This document shows, one piece after another, positions 8,539 through 17,644 of a DNA stretch of 64,000 bases. Source of the DNA: a bacterium (GTDB lineage Bacteria > Patescibacteriota > Gracilibacteria > UM-FILTER-43-11); contig JAUHWS010000001.1 in the NCBI GenBank assembly GCA_030427295.1, forward strand, positions 14,079 through 78,078. The letters run 5' to 3'. The notes beneath the pieces were generated by a model. That model ran no database searches, was not told the origin of the DNA, and saw only the letters and a program-made list of their open reading frames with translations. The position numbers were made by a program, and so were the translations under genes. Each line of letters begins with the position of its first letter. Positions within the stretch are counted from its first letter, which is position 1.

Positions 8539-11500
8539 ATGAAGAAACTTCTTTCATTTTTGCTTGCCTTCCAAGTCCTTTTTCAATTTCCCGCAGCTGT
8601 TTTAGCCGAGGGAGAAGAGACCCTTCAGGATCCACCCCAAGACGAACAAGTGGAGGACATCCCTAATGAGCCCGTTCCCGAAAACGAGCCTGAGCCCCTT
8701 CTCGAAGAGCCCGAAATCAAGATTGTACTCAACGAAATCCTTCCCGATCCTCTCGAATCCGATGCTGAAAATGAGTTTATCGAACTCTATAATGCTGGAG
8801 AAGCAGAAGTCGATCTAGCAGGGTGGTCATTGGATGATGTCGATTTAGACGACGAAGATATCTATCACTTCGACAACCCCGAACTCAATTATGTGCTTGA
8901 GCCCGATGGCTATCTCACTTTATTCAGACCAGAAACCAATATCACCCTGAACAACACAGGGGACATGGTTTATTTGTTCGATGATCAAGGCGATGAAATC
9001 GACTATTTTGAGTATTTAGACAGCTCAGCAGGAAGGTCGTGGGGACGCAACCTAGAAAATCCCGAAGAGTGGATCCTCTTGCCCAGTCCCAGTCCTGATG
9101 AAGCCAATGAATTTTTAAATGATCCGCCCACGGCAGTCATCACCCTTCAAGGAGGAACAGAGAACATGTCTATCAATGTGACTGGCGAAGACAGCAGTGA
9201 TCCCAATGGGGACAAGCTCAGTTACGTATGGGAATTTGAACCAGGAGTGACAGAAGAAAGTAAAAATCCTCTCACCTATATATATGCCACCGAAGGCCCC
9301 AAAACCATCACTCTCACTGTCACCGATGAGTTTGGTTTATCGGATGAGGTCACCCTCGACTTTATGGCTCAATCACCTCAACAAGAAGATCCAGAGGACG
9401 AAGAAGCTGAAGAGGGGGCTGAATCAGAATCCGATGAGGAAGAGGCGCCCGAGACTTATCCCACCCACCAACTCATCAATGAAATTCTTCCCAATCCTGA
9501 AGGGGCTGATGGAGAAGGGGAATGGATTGAACTCTTCAATTCGACTAACGAAATCATCGATCTGTCAGACTGGTATTTAGATGATGAAGAAGGTGCCAGT
9601 AGCCCCTTTCAAATCCCTCAGGATACTCAACTCCAACCTCAAACCTACTTGGTTTTTAAAGGGCTTGACCTCAACCTCTCCCTCAAAAATTCGGACGATG
9701 TGGTCAGACTCCTTAATCCCAACAAAGAAGAGGTCGAGCGAATTGAATACACAGAAGCCAAGGAGGCTCAAAGTTATGCCAAGCAGTCTGATGACTTATT
9801 CTCCTGGACCTCAACGGTGACCCCAAATGCAGAAAACAGCTTTCCGCCCCCACCCAAAACCTACCAAAAAGGCGATGTTTTGATCGACTCCGCGCTGCCT
9901 AATCCCGAAGGGGCTGACACCGGAAAGGAAAAGATAAAACTTAAGAACACCACTCCAGAGACCATCGACCTGTCCTACTGGAAAATCGCGGATAGCAGCA
10001 GCGAAACCGAGCTGCTCAACCTTTCCATTCCAGCCTATGGAATCAAAGAGCTCAATGCAGAGGATTTTAAATTCTCCCTCAACAACAGTGATGAATCGCT
10101 CACGCTCTACGACCCAACAGGCAACGTCATCGATGAGATAAGTTGGACCAGCTCAACATCAGGACTTTGGACCTTCAATCTCAACCTTCTTTCAGAAGGA
10201 ATGTCAGTCAGTGTGGTTGAGGTGGTCGATGGAGACACCTTCAAAGTGCAGGCAGGTAACAGAGAGCTGACCGTGCGACTGATTGGCGTGGACACCCCCG
10301 AAACCGTTCACCCCTCCAAACCGGTTGAGTATTACGGTAAACAAGCATCAGACTTCCTCAAAAACTTACTTCAAAACCAAACTGTTCGTTTGTATTTTGA
10401 TGAACGTAAAACAGACAGTTATGGTCGAGTTTTAGCTTATGTTTACCTCCACGACACCCTAGTGAATGTCAAAATGATCCAAGAAGGCTATGGCTATGCC
10501 TACACCCGATTTCCCTTTGTTCGCCTAGATGAATTTATTGCTTACGAAGAAGAGGCGAGGACTGCCGGGCGAGGGCTTTGGGCAGATGAAGACGTGGTGG
10601 AGGTGATCGAGGAATTGATTGAAGAAAACGCTCAAAATAAAGGCAAAGTGGAAGCTGAAGTCAAGTCAATTCCTGAGAATGAGGAAGAAATTGATGATGA
10701 AGACGGAGCTCCCAAAAATACTGATGAAGAAAAGGTTGACGATGAGTTGGGAAAAGATTGTGATTCCGACACCCTCAAAATCGATTCCTTCTTGGCGTAT
10801 GCGGAAAAAGGGGTTTCCGAGGAATTTATCACCCTCATCAATACGGGGGACCAGCCTGTCTGTTTGTCTGGATGGCAGTTGGATGACGAATTGGAGGGAG
10901 GTTCAAAACCTTTCACCATAAAGGAGGGTGAAATCGCTCCAGGGAAAACCATGGAATTTGGGAAAGAGATCAGCAAAATTTCCCTCAATAATTCCAATGA
11001 CTGTGCCAGCTTAATTCGGCCCAACGGAGAATTAGCAGATCAGATCTGCTATGGCAAAACGAGTAAAGGGGAAATCCTCACTCACGCTGGAAGCGCCGGA
11101 GCTTCCGAAAAATCAAGTTCCAAAAAAACCACTTCGTCGTCCAAAAAATCCTCTAAAAAAAATGAGGAAAAACCTGCCAAGCACACCTTCAAACGTGACA
11201 GTACTTCCTATCGAGGAGAGTTGGTCAATAAAAGTTACGCAGGATGGGTCGTGGGCTTTGATCAAGATGAGCAAGTATTGGTACTCAAGCTAGACGATGA
11301 AAAGCTCAAGCCCATTTCCTATGCTCACAGTTTGTTCGATATCGATACGATTAAAGATTTAGCTGATTTGTCCGAGGAGGTTGTGTTGGATGTTTATGAA
11401 ACCCCTGATGAAGCACACTTGATTTCCATGCACTCCTCGGCACCAGAACAGATCAAAAAACACTCATGGGCTCACCTATTTCCATTTATCCTGATTCCTG

Positions 11501-11547
11501 TCCTTCTCACAGGACTCATTGCCTACAAAAAATTTGGCCTCAAGTGA
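8539..11547 (+). CDS. Membrane-anchored extracellular multidomain nuclease (signal peptide, 4-5 lamin-tail domains, PKD domain, staphylococcal-nuclease/thermonuclease domain, C-terminal TM anchor)
   Basis: LTD motifs (LNEILPDP..EFIELYN..DLAGWSLDD, repeated); PKD (DPNGDKLSYVWEF..TITLTVTDEFGLSDEV); SNase (VVDGDTFKV..VRLIGVDTPE..YGRVLAYVY..QEGYGYAY..ARTAGRGLWA); N-terminal signal peptide; C-terminal hydrophobic helix. Confidence 0.88.
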   Translation: MKKLLSFLLAFQVLFQFPAAVLAEGEETLQDPPQDEQVEDIPNEPVPENEPEPLLEEPEIKIVLNEILPDPLESDAENEFIELYNAGEAEVDLAGWSLDDVDLDDEDIYHFDNPELNYVLEPDGYLTLFRPETNITLNNTGDMVYLFDDQGDEIDYFEYLDSSAGRSWGRNLENPEEWILLPSPSPDEANEFLNDPPTAVITLQGGTENMSINVTGEDSSDPNGDKLSYVWEFEPGVTEESKNPLTYIYATEGPKTITLTVTDEFGLSDEVTLDFMAQSPQQEDPEDEEAEEGAESESDEEEAPETYPTHQLINEILPNPEGADGEGEWIELFNSTNEIIDLSDWYLDDEEGASSPFQIPQDTQLQPQTYLVFKGLDLNLSLKNSDDVVRLLNPNKEEVERIEYTEAKEAQSYAKQSDDLFSWTSTVTPNAENSFPPPPKTYQKGDVLIDSALPNPEGADTGKEKIKLKNTTPETIDLSYWKIADSSSETELLNLSIPAYGIKELNAEDFKFSLNNSDESLTLYDPTGNVIDEISWTSSTSGLWTFNLNLLSEGMSVSVVEVVDGDTFKVQAGNRELTVRLIGVDTPETVHPSKPVEYYGKQASDFLKNLLQNQTVRLYFDERKTDSYGRVLAYVYLHDTLVNVKMIQEGYGYAYTRFPFVRLDEFIAYEEEARTAGRGLWADEDVVEVIEELIEENAQNKGKVEAEVKSIPENEEEIDDEDGAPKNTDEEKVDDELGKDCDSDTLKIDSFLAYAEKGVSEEFITLINTGDQPVCLSGWQLDDELEGGSKPFTIKEGEIAPGKTMEFGKEISKISLNNSNDCASLIRPNGELADQICYGKTSKGEILTHAGSAGASEKSSSKKTTSSSKKSSKKNEEKPAKHTFKRDSTSYRGELVNKSYAGWVVGFDQDEQVLVLKLDDEKLKPISYAHSLFDIDTIKDLADLSEEVVLDVYETPDEAHLISMHSSAPEQIKKHSWAHLFPFILIPVLLTGLIAYKKFGLK

Positions 11548-11572
11548 CTGAAATTGAAATGATTCACCGTTT

Positions 11573-11614
11573 GCAAAAGTATATACTAGGTATATACCTA
11601 GTATATACTTTTGC
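11573..11614. repeat. Perfect 42-bp palindrome with three GTATATAC boxes spaced 11 bp apart
   Basis: GCAAAAGTATATACTAGGTATATACCTAGTATATACTTTTGC equals its own reverse complement. Boxes at 11579-86, 11590-97 and 11601-08. Confidence 0.9.
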
Positions 11615-11661
11615 TTGACAAAAAAATTTGAAAGAATAAAATCAAATGACTGATTGATAAC

Positions 11662-12111
11662 TTGTTTATTGTAATGGGTCAGCCTTCAATTAACGTATTG
11701 TTTTTAAGCCAGAGGCCTGAGGCACCTGATGAAGGTGACCTCAAGACTATCAGAGGATACTTGCACGGAGTCCTGATGAGAATTGCATCTGTGGCAGCTT
11801 CGAGTGAAGATATGAGTGAAATTCGAAATGGCGTCGATAACTTTGTACACTCAGGCATGACAACTGCCAGGCAAAGAGGTCACTATGTGCAGACCGGTAA
11901 TGATGGCCGCTGGGAATACATAACTCATGATTTAGAAGGGGTTGATGTACGCAGACAAGTGATGTGTGTCCTAGAGGTGGCTGCACAACTTTTACATACA
12001 GCTGGCTCCTTTGTTCCCGCTCTATCTGGTCAGGACAAGAATGCTATTAAGCGCTTGGCAGGAGAAATTCGACGGCAGTCATCAGGTTCCAATGCACATG
12101 CAACTGCTTAA
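11662..12111 (+). CDS. Hypothetical protein (ORFan)
   Basis: 149-aa ORF (TTG start; an ATG alternative at 11674) with no recognisable motif. Called coding only from ORF length and absence of competing ORFs. Confidence 0.45.
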   Translation: MFIVMGQPSINVLFLSQRPEAPDEGDLKTIRGYLHGVLMRIASVAASSEDMSEIRNGVDNFVHSGMTTARQRGHYVQTGNDGRWEYITHDLEGVDVRRQVMCVLEVAAQLLHTAGSFVPALSGQDKNAIKRLAGEIRRQSSGSNAHATA

Positions 12112-12161
12112 AAGTCAAAACTCCCCCTTTATTCTCTCGCCAAAAACCATTACCATGGTGG

Positions 12162-13133
12162 GTGGTATTTTTCACCACGTCCATGACCTACCTACTCCTC
12201 ATCCTCGGTTTTGTTTTGCTCATTAAAGGGGCAGACTTTTTGGTGGACGGAGCCAGTTCCATTGCCAAGCGAGTAGGAATTTCGGATCTCATCATTGGGC
12301 TAACTATTGTTTCATTTGGAACCTCAGCGCCCGAACTGGTGGTCAACCTCATTTCCAGCTTACAGGGAGAAGGGGATATCGCCGTGGGGAGTATTGTGGG
12401 GAGTAACATTTCTAACATCCTGCTCATTTTAGGGATTTCAGCCATGATTTATCCCCTCAAAATCAAAAGTCAGACCACGTGGAAGGAGATCCCACTCAAC
12501 CTTTTAGCCGCCATCGTCTTATTCCTTGTTGCCAACGATCAATTGATCGATGGAGCTGAAACCTCGCTCTTGACCCGTATTGATGGACTAGTACTCATCT
12601 CCTTTTTCACTATTTTTATCTACTACACCATCCATATTGCTCGCTCGGAGCGAGAATTAACGGAGCAAACTCATTCTCGTCCCATCTGGCTGGCTCTAGT
12701 CATGACGGCAGTTGGAATTGTAGGGCTCACCTACGGAGGGCGTTGGGTAGTCAATAGCTCAATTGAAATTGCCTCCTCGCTCGGATTGAGTGAGGCGCTC
12801 ATTGGTTTAACTGTTGTCGCCCTAGGAACTTCATTACCAGAACTCGCCACCTCAGCTGTAGCCGCTTACAAAAGGAATACCGACATCGCCGTGGGAAATG
12901 TCGTGGGCTCCAACATCTTCAATATCTTTTGGGTCCTTGGCTTCAGCTCAAGTATCAATGACATCAATTTTTCCCCAAGCATCAACACCGACATCCTTAT
13001 CTTCGTTGGGGCGACCATTTTACTCTTTTTCTTCTCATTCACAGGAGGTCACCACCGAGTCACCAAACAAGAGGGTTTCATGATGCTTTTTGCCTACGTT
13101 GGCTACATCGTCTTTTTAGTATTGCGAGGATAA
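12162..13133 (+). CDS. Ca2+/Na+ (CaCA family, YrbG-like) antiporter
   Basis: Two alpha-repeat motifs, GTSAPELVVN and GTSLPELATS, and about 10 TM segments. Confidence 0.88.
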   Translation: MVFFTTSMTYLLLILGFVLLIKGADFLVDGASSIAKRVGISDLIIGLTIVSFGTSAPELVVNLISSLQGEGDIAVGSIVGSNISNILLILGISAMIYPLKIKSQTTWKEIPLNLLAAIVLFLVANDQLIDGAETSLLTRIDGLVLISFFTIFIYYTIHIARSERELTEQTHSRPIWLALVMTAVGIVGLTYGGRWVVNSSIEIASSLGLSEALIGLTVVALGTSLPELATSAVAAYKRNTDIAVGNVVGSNIFNIFWVLGFSSSINDINFSPSINTDILIFVGATILLFFFSFTGGHHRVTKQEGFMMLFAYVGYIVFLVLRG

Positions 13134-13145
13134 CTTTCAAAACAA

Positions 13146-14405
13146 ATGAAATCGATCTTTAAACACCTCATTCAATTTTTGCTGGGATTTAAAGCACATC
13201 GTTTCCTTAAAAAAAATCGTATCCAAGTCATTGCCATCACAGGCAGTGTGGGGAAAACCAGTACCAAAGAAGCCATTTACACGGTCTTGAAGGATCGATT
13301 CTCCGTGATGCGAAGCCGCAAGAGTTTTAACACGCCCATCGGCATGAGTCTAGCCATTCTAGGTGAGGAAGAGTCCGGTTTTTCATCTACAAAAGCCTGG
13401 GTCAAAATCTTATGGCGGGTGTTTGTAAAGAAAGGGGAAATTCCTCAAAAGATCATTCTCGAAATGGGGGCCGACAAACCCGGAGATATCAAGGCGCTCA
13501 TGCGCATTGCTCCACCTCATATTTCCATCGTCACAGCAGTTAAACCGGTTCATTTGGCAGAGGGACAATTCAAAGACATCGATGATATTGCCAAAGAGAA
13601 AGGTCGACTCGTCAACGATCTCCCTCGATTTGGTTTGGCCATTTTAAACCAAGATGACCCCCGTGTCAGTCAAATGAAAACCGTCGCCAAAAAGCTGACC
13701 TACGGCATTGATAGATCGTCAGATTTACAAGCCTCCGAAATCAAAATGACCCCCAAAAAAATCCATTTTGAAGTGCTCTATAAAGGAGAATCAGCCCGTT
13801 GTGAACTACCAGTGGTGGGCGCCTATCATATCTATGTGGCGCTCCCTGCCATTGCGGTGGGCATTTCGATGGGCATGAGTTTAGCCGAATCGTGTAAGAC
13901 ATTGGCTCATTTTCATCTCCCTTCAGGGCGCATGAACCCGATTGAAGGCCTTAATGGGGCGCACATTTTGGATGGTTCCTATAATGCCAGCCCCTCCACC
14001 ATGAAAGCGGCACTACAGATGTTAGAAGAGCTCAAAGCTCCTCGAAAAATAGCAGCCTTAGGGACCATGAATGAGTTAGGAAAACAATCCTTCGACGCCC
14101 ACATTGAAGTGGGAAAAATGGCAGGAGCGATTGCAGATCTAATCATTGCCGTAGGGCCAGAAGCCCAAAATCTCAAGCAGGGTGCCGTGGTCGCAGGGAT
14201 GAATGCTGAGTCTATTTTTACCTTTGACGATTCAAAAGAAGCAGGAGACTTACTCGCCAAAAAACTTCAAGAAGGGGACCTGGTTCTAGTGAAGGGGTCT
14301 CAAAATAAAGTACGCATGGAACGTTTAGTCAAACAAATCATGAAGGACCCCAAGCGCGCCCCCGAACTCCTCTGCCGACAAGGAAAAGCCTGGACTGAAC
14401 GGTGA
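13146..14405 (+). CDS. murF: UDP-N-acetylmuramoyl-tripeptide--D-alanyl-D-alanine ligase
   Basis: Mur ligase P-loop ITGSVGKTSTKE, plus central and C-terminal Mur ligase domains (DGSYNASP). Confidence 0.88.
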   Translation: MKSIFKHLIQFLLGFKAHRFLKKNRIQVIAITGSVGKTSTKEAIYTVLKDRFSVMRSRKSFNTPIGMSLAILGEEESGFSSTKAWVKILWRVFVKKGEIPQKIILEMGADKPGDIKALMRIAPPHISIVTAVKPVHLAEGQFKDIDDIAKEKGRLVNDLPRFGLAILNQDDPRVSQMKTVAKKLTYGIDRSSDLQASEIKMTPKKIHFEVLYKGESARCELPVVGAYHIYVALPAIAVGISMGMSLAESCKTLAHFHLPSGRMNPIEGLNGAHILDGSYNASPSTMKAALQMLEELKAPRKIAALGTMNELGKQSFDAHIEVGKMAGAIADLIIAVGPEAQNLKQGAVVAGMNAESIFTFDDSKEAGDLLAKKLQEGDLVLVKGSQNKVRMERLVKQIMKDPKRAPELLCRQGKAWTER

Positions 14406-14406
14406 A

Positions 14407-14680
14407 GTATATACTCATCCTCTCCCCAACTATATACCTAAGTCTTAAATTTCCAATTCACACCAATTCATTCCAATTCACCCCAAACAAATTTTAAAGT
14501 CTAATTCTTAATTTCTAAATTGGTTTGAATTTGCTTTATTTAAGCTATCTTTATTCCAAATAATGTTTAAAAATTAGACATTCGGAATTCGGTTTTATTT
14601 GGAAATTGTGACATTGGAAATTGGTCATTGAGAAAAAGTATATACCCACCCTCACAAAAAGTATATACCTAAGTATATGG
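14407..14680 (-). repeat. GTATATAC double-box module M2 (interior type 1, inverted relative to M1)
   Basis: Boxes at 14407-14, 14430-37 (CTATATAC), 14638-45 and 14661-68, plus a degenerate box at 14673-80. The first box starts 1 nt after the murF TGA (ggTGAaGTATATAC). Confidence 0.85.
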
Positions 14681-14714
14681 TTGTCATTCCCCCGCCACGG
14701 CGGGGGAATCGTCC
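14681..14714 (+). repeat. GTCATTCC-hairpin-GGAATCGTCC element
   Basis: ttgtcattcccccgccacggcgggggaatcgtcc. The architecture matches the elements at 19738, 20128 (inverted) and 20198. Confidence 0.75.
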
Positions 14715-14764
14715 AAATTCAGAAAAACTAAATACAGGTCACCCTCGGACTCACGTTCAGCAAC

Positions 14765-15271
14765 TCAGACCTTCCTCACCACCAAATAAACCACCGTGAT
14801 GAAACCTACCGAGATCAAGATCCAAAAAAACGGCTGATCCTTAATAGGGCTTGGATAGCCTTCCATCGAATACCCCTCCCCCAAGGCTTGTAAATCCTCT
14901 TCAGCATCGGTCAAAAGCATGGTGCGGCTACACAAATTGACCGCAAATTCCCCACTGTATTCTCCCGCGTAAATCAAGTATTCCTCACCGTCTACGAAGG
15001 GATACCCACAAGCCGCTGAATCAGAAGCGGTGGTAAACGTCACGGTTGGGCCCATTTCACCTTGCCACACCTCGTATACCTCAAAATTCACTTCAATGCG
15101 CTCCTCTTTAAAGCGAGTTTCCTTCACTTGCCCAGAGAAAACCGCGTTAGACTTCCCCATCTCCTCTAAAGCCGATCCTGGCTGAAGGCACGAGCAGGCA
15201 TGCGCTTGAGGCAAATAAAAGCCGAAGGAAAAAATAAACAGGGCAATGGTGGCAAAAAAGCGCTTTTTCAT
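14765..15271 (-). CDS. TIMP/NTR-module-like secreted protein with C-terminal TM anchor
   Basis: The signal peptide ends ..AHA and the mature N-terminus starts CSCLQPGS..AVFSGQV. Later comes ..SAACGYPFVDGEEYLIYAG..VNLCSRT. This matches the pattern of TIMP N-domains (CTCxP..., ..SVCGY..EEFLIAG..TTCS). Confidence 0.55.
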   Translation of the reverse strand: MKKRFFATIALFIFSFGFYLPQAHACSCLQPGSALEEMGKSNAVFSGQVKETRFKEERIEVNFEVYEVWQGEMGPTVTFTTASDSAACGYPFVDGEEYLIYAGEYSGEFAVNLCSRTMLLTDAEEDLQALGEGYSMEGYPSPIKDQPFFWILISVGFITVVYLVVRKV

Positions 15272-15301
15272 AAGATTATTTTGGTCAATTTTAAGTCAAA
15301 T

Positions 15302-16201
15302 TTATTTTTTAGAAGCCATCTTTTCCAGTCCAATAATAAAGAGGGCTCCGACGATCATCAGGGCAATGCTCCACACCACCTCTACATTAAATTGCTGAGG
15401 CAAAAACCACTCATAACCCACCACTTTTTCACGGCCGTTAAAATTTTCGAAAAGCGCCTCTTTCCAGGGCCACAAAATACTCAGTGACCCCAAAATAAAA
15501 CCTGTCAAAAGACTGATGATCGGATCCTTGTAGCTTTTTAAGGCCCAGGCCAGCAATCGAGAGAAAGCTAAAATGCCAAACACGGCCCCCAAGCCCACGG
15601 GCACCAAAATACGCATGTCCATATTCTGGACCCCCTCAATCATGATCAATTGGTAGTTTCCCATCAAAATCAAAACAAAAGAGCCTGAAAGTCCCGGCAG
15701 GATCATGCTCATGATGGCCACCATCCCACATAAAAATAAGTAACCCATACTACTATTGGCCGCGGCGGGTTCGATCAAAGTACTCAAGCTCAAAGCAATC
15801 AACGCTCCCACAATAAAAAACCCAATCACCAAAGCGGTCCAGCGTTTGACTGTTTTTCCCACAAAATAAACAGAGGCAGCAATCAATCCAAAAAAGAAAG
15901 CCCACACAAAAACAGGATAACTCTCCAGTAGAGGTTCCAAAACAAAGGTTAAACTATAAATGCCCGTCAAGGCTCCCACAAGCACTGTCAGCAAAAAAAG
16001 CAGGTCAGTATGTTTAGCAAAGGCTTTAAATCGACCCGAAAAGAACAGTTTCAAAGCTTCTAAATCAAAAGATTTGATCGAATGGATCAAGCGTTCAAAC
16101 AGATTGGTCAGTAAGGCAATCGTCCCTCCGGATACGCCAGGCACGATGTTGGCTGCCCCAATGCCCAAACCTTTTAAAAATACAATCAATGTCGATCTCA
16201 T
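15302..16201 (-). CDS. DUF368-family membrane protein (polyprenyl-phosphate transporter family)
   Basis: GIGAANIVPGVSGGTIALLTNLFERLI signature and a second PGLSGSFVLILMG repeat; about 8 TM segments. Confidence 0.85.
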   Translation of the reverse strand: MRSTLIVFLKGLGIGAANIVPGVSGGTIALLTNLFERLIHSIKSFDLEALKLFFSGRFKAFAKHTDLLFLLTVLVGALTGIYSLTFVLEPLLESYPVFVWAFFFGLIAASVYFVGKTVKRWTALVIGFFIVGALIALSLSTLIEPAAANSSMGYLFLCGMVAIMSMILPGLSGSFVLILMGNYQLIMIEGVQNMDMRILVPVGLGAVFGILAFSRLLAWALKSYKDPIISLLTGFILGSLSILWPWKEALFENFNGREKVVGYEWFLPQQFNVEVVWSIALMIVGALFIIGLEKMASKK

Positions 16202-16365
16202 GGGAATGAATTATCTGGTTGCCGTTTAAGGTCAGCCAACGTAAAATAGTAACACGTTTTAATGAACTCAAATACAGGCCGTCCCTATTTTAGCAGGGGT
16301 CCTCGTCGTTAGCTACGGTTTTGCGTGGACGGCCAACAGAATTTTCTCTTTTTAACACACCCAGC

Positions 16366-17625
16366 ATGCACGCTCATCGTTTTTTAGTCACCGGAGGACA
16401 GATTTTAAGCGGTTCAGTCAAAGTCAGTGGTTCCAAAAATGCCGCCTTACCCATCATCGCCGCAGCACTTTTAACTGACGAAGAAGTCATTCTCAGTAAT
16501 GTCCCCAATATCGCGGACATCGAGGTCTTTTCAGGCATTCTCGATGTCCTCGGGGTTGAAAATCATTTTGATGGAGGCATATTTAAAATTAAAGCAAGCA
16601 CTGTCAAAGCCATCGAAATCAAACACGAGTTGGTCAGTAAACTCCGTGGATCCAGCCTGATGATGGGCCCTCTTCTAGCTCGAAATGGAGAAGTGCGCTT
16701 GGCTTATCCCGGAGGATGTGTCTTGGGAAAACGTCCCATGAACGCCCATTTGGAAGCTTTGGAGGCTCTTGGGGCCCATGTGGTGGAACAAGATGAAGTC
16801 CTCCATCTCAAGGCCAATAAACTTATTGGATCGGATTTTACCATGACCGAAGCCAGTGTGACCGCGACTGAAAATGCCATCATGGCTGCGGTGCTGGCAG
16901 AAGGGGAAACCACCATTCGACTCGCTGCCTCTGAGCCTCACGTCCAAGACCTCTGCCACTTCCTCAATGCCATGGGGGCTCAAATTGAAGGCATTGGCAA
17001 TCACACCCTCCACATCAAAGGAGTTGAAAAGTTGCACGGCACAGAATATCGCGTCACCTCTGACTACCTCGAAGCCGGCACGCTCGTTTTGGCAGCTGCT
17101 ATCACAGGGGGGACCGTTGAAGTGCAAGACATCGTCCCTCACCACCTGGACATCTTCTGGCAAAAATTGCGCGAGGTGGGCGTTCAGTTTGAACTTTCTG
17201 AAAATGCCGTCAAAGTCTTTCCCTCTAAAAATCTCAAAGCCATCAAGCTTCAAACCGCTATTTTCCCGAGTTTTCCCACCGACTTACAAGCGCCCTTTGC
17301 CGCGCTCCTCACTCAGGCTGAAGGCACCAGTACCGTTTTTGAAACCTTGTTTGATGGACGCCTTCAATACCTCTACGAACTTGAAAAAATGGGGCTCCAA
17401 CCTAAAATTCTCAACCCCTACCAAGCCGAAATCACCGGTCCGGTTCAGCTCAAAGGTGCTTCGGTAGCCAGTTGTGACATTCGGGCTGGGGCTGGAGTCG
17501 TCTTAGCCGCCCTCGCCGCCGAAGGAGAAACGGAAATCACTAGCATTTACTACATCGATCGCGGTTATGATAAAATAGACGAGAAATTAAACCGCTTGGG
17601 CGCTAAAATCAAGCGGATTAAATAA
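16366..17625 (+). CDS. murA: UDP-N-acetylglucosamine 1-carboxyvinyltransferase
   Basis: VSGSKNAALPIIAAALL, GGCVLGKRPMNAHL, DRGYDKIDEKL. The ORF opens at 16321, but ATG 16366 (MHAHRFLVTGG) fits MurA N-termini. Confidence 0.93.
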   Translation: MHAHRFLVTGGQILSGSVKVSGSKNAALPIIAAALLTDEEVILSNVPNIADIEVFSGILDVLGVENHFDGGIFKIKASTVKAIEIKHELVSKLRGSSLMMGPLLARNGEVRLAYPGGCVLGKRPMNAHLEALEALGAHVVEQDEVLHLKANKLIGSDFTMTEASVTATENAIMAAVLAEGETTIRLAASEPHVQDLCHFLNAMGAQIEGIGNHTLHIKGVEKLHGTEYRVTSDYLEAGTLVLAAAITGGTVEVQDIVPHHLDIFWQKLREVGVQFELSENAVKVFPSKNLKAIKLQTAIFPSFPTDLQAPFAALLTQAEGTSTVFETLFDGRLQYLYELEKMGLQPKILNPYQAEITGPVQLKGASVASCDIRAGAGVVLAALAAEGETEITSIYYIDRGYDKIDEKLNRLGAKIKRIK

Positions 17626-17644
17626 TTTTTTTAACCCTCTTAAC

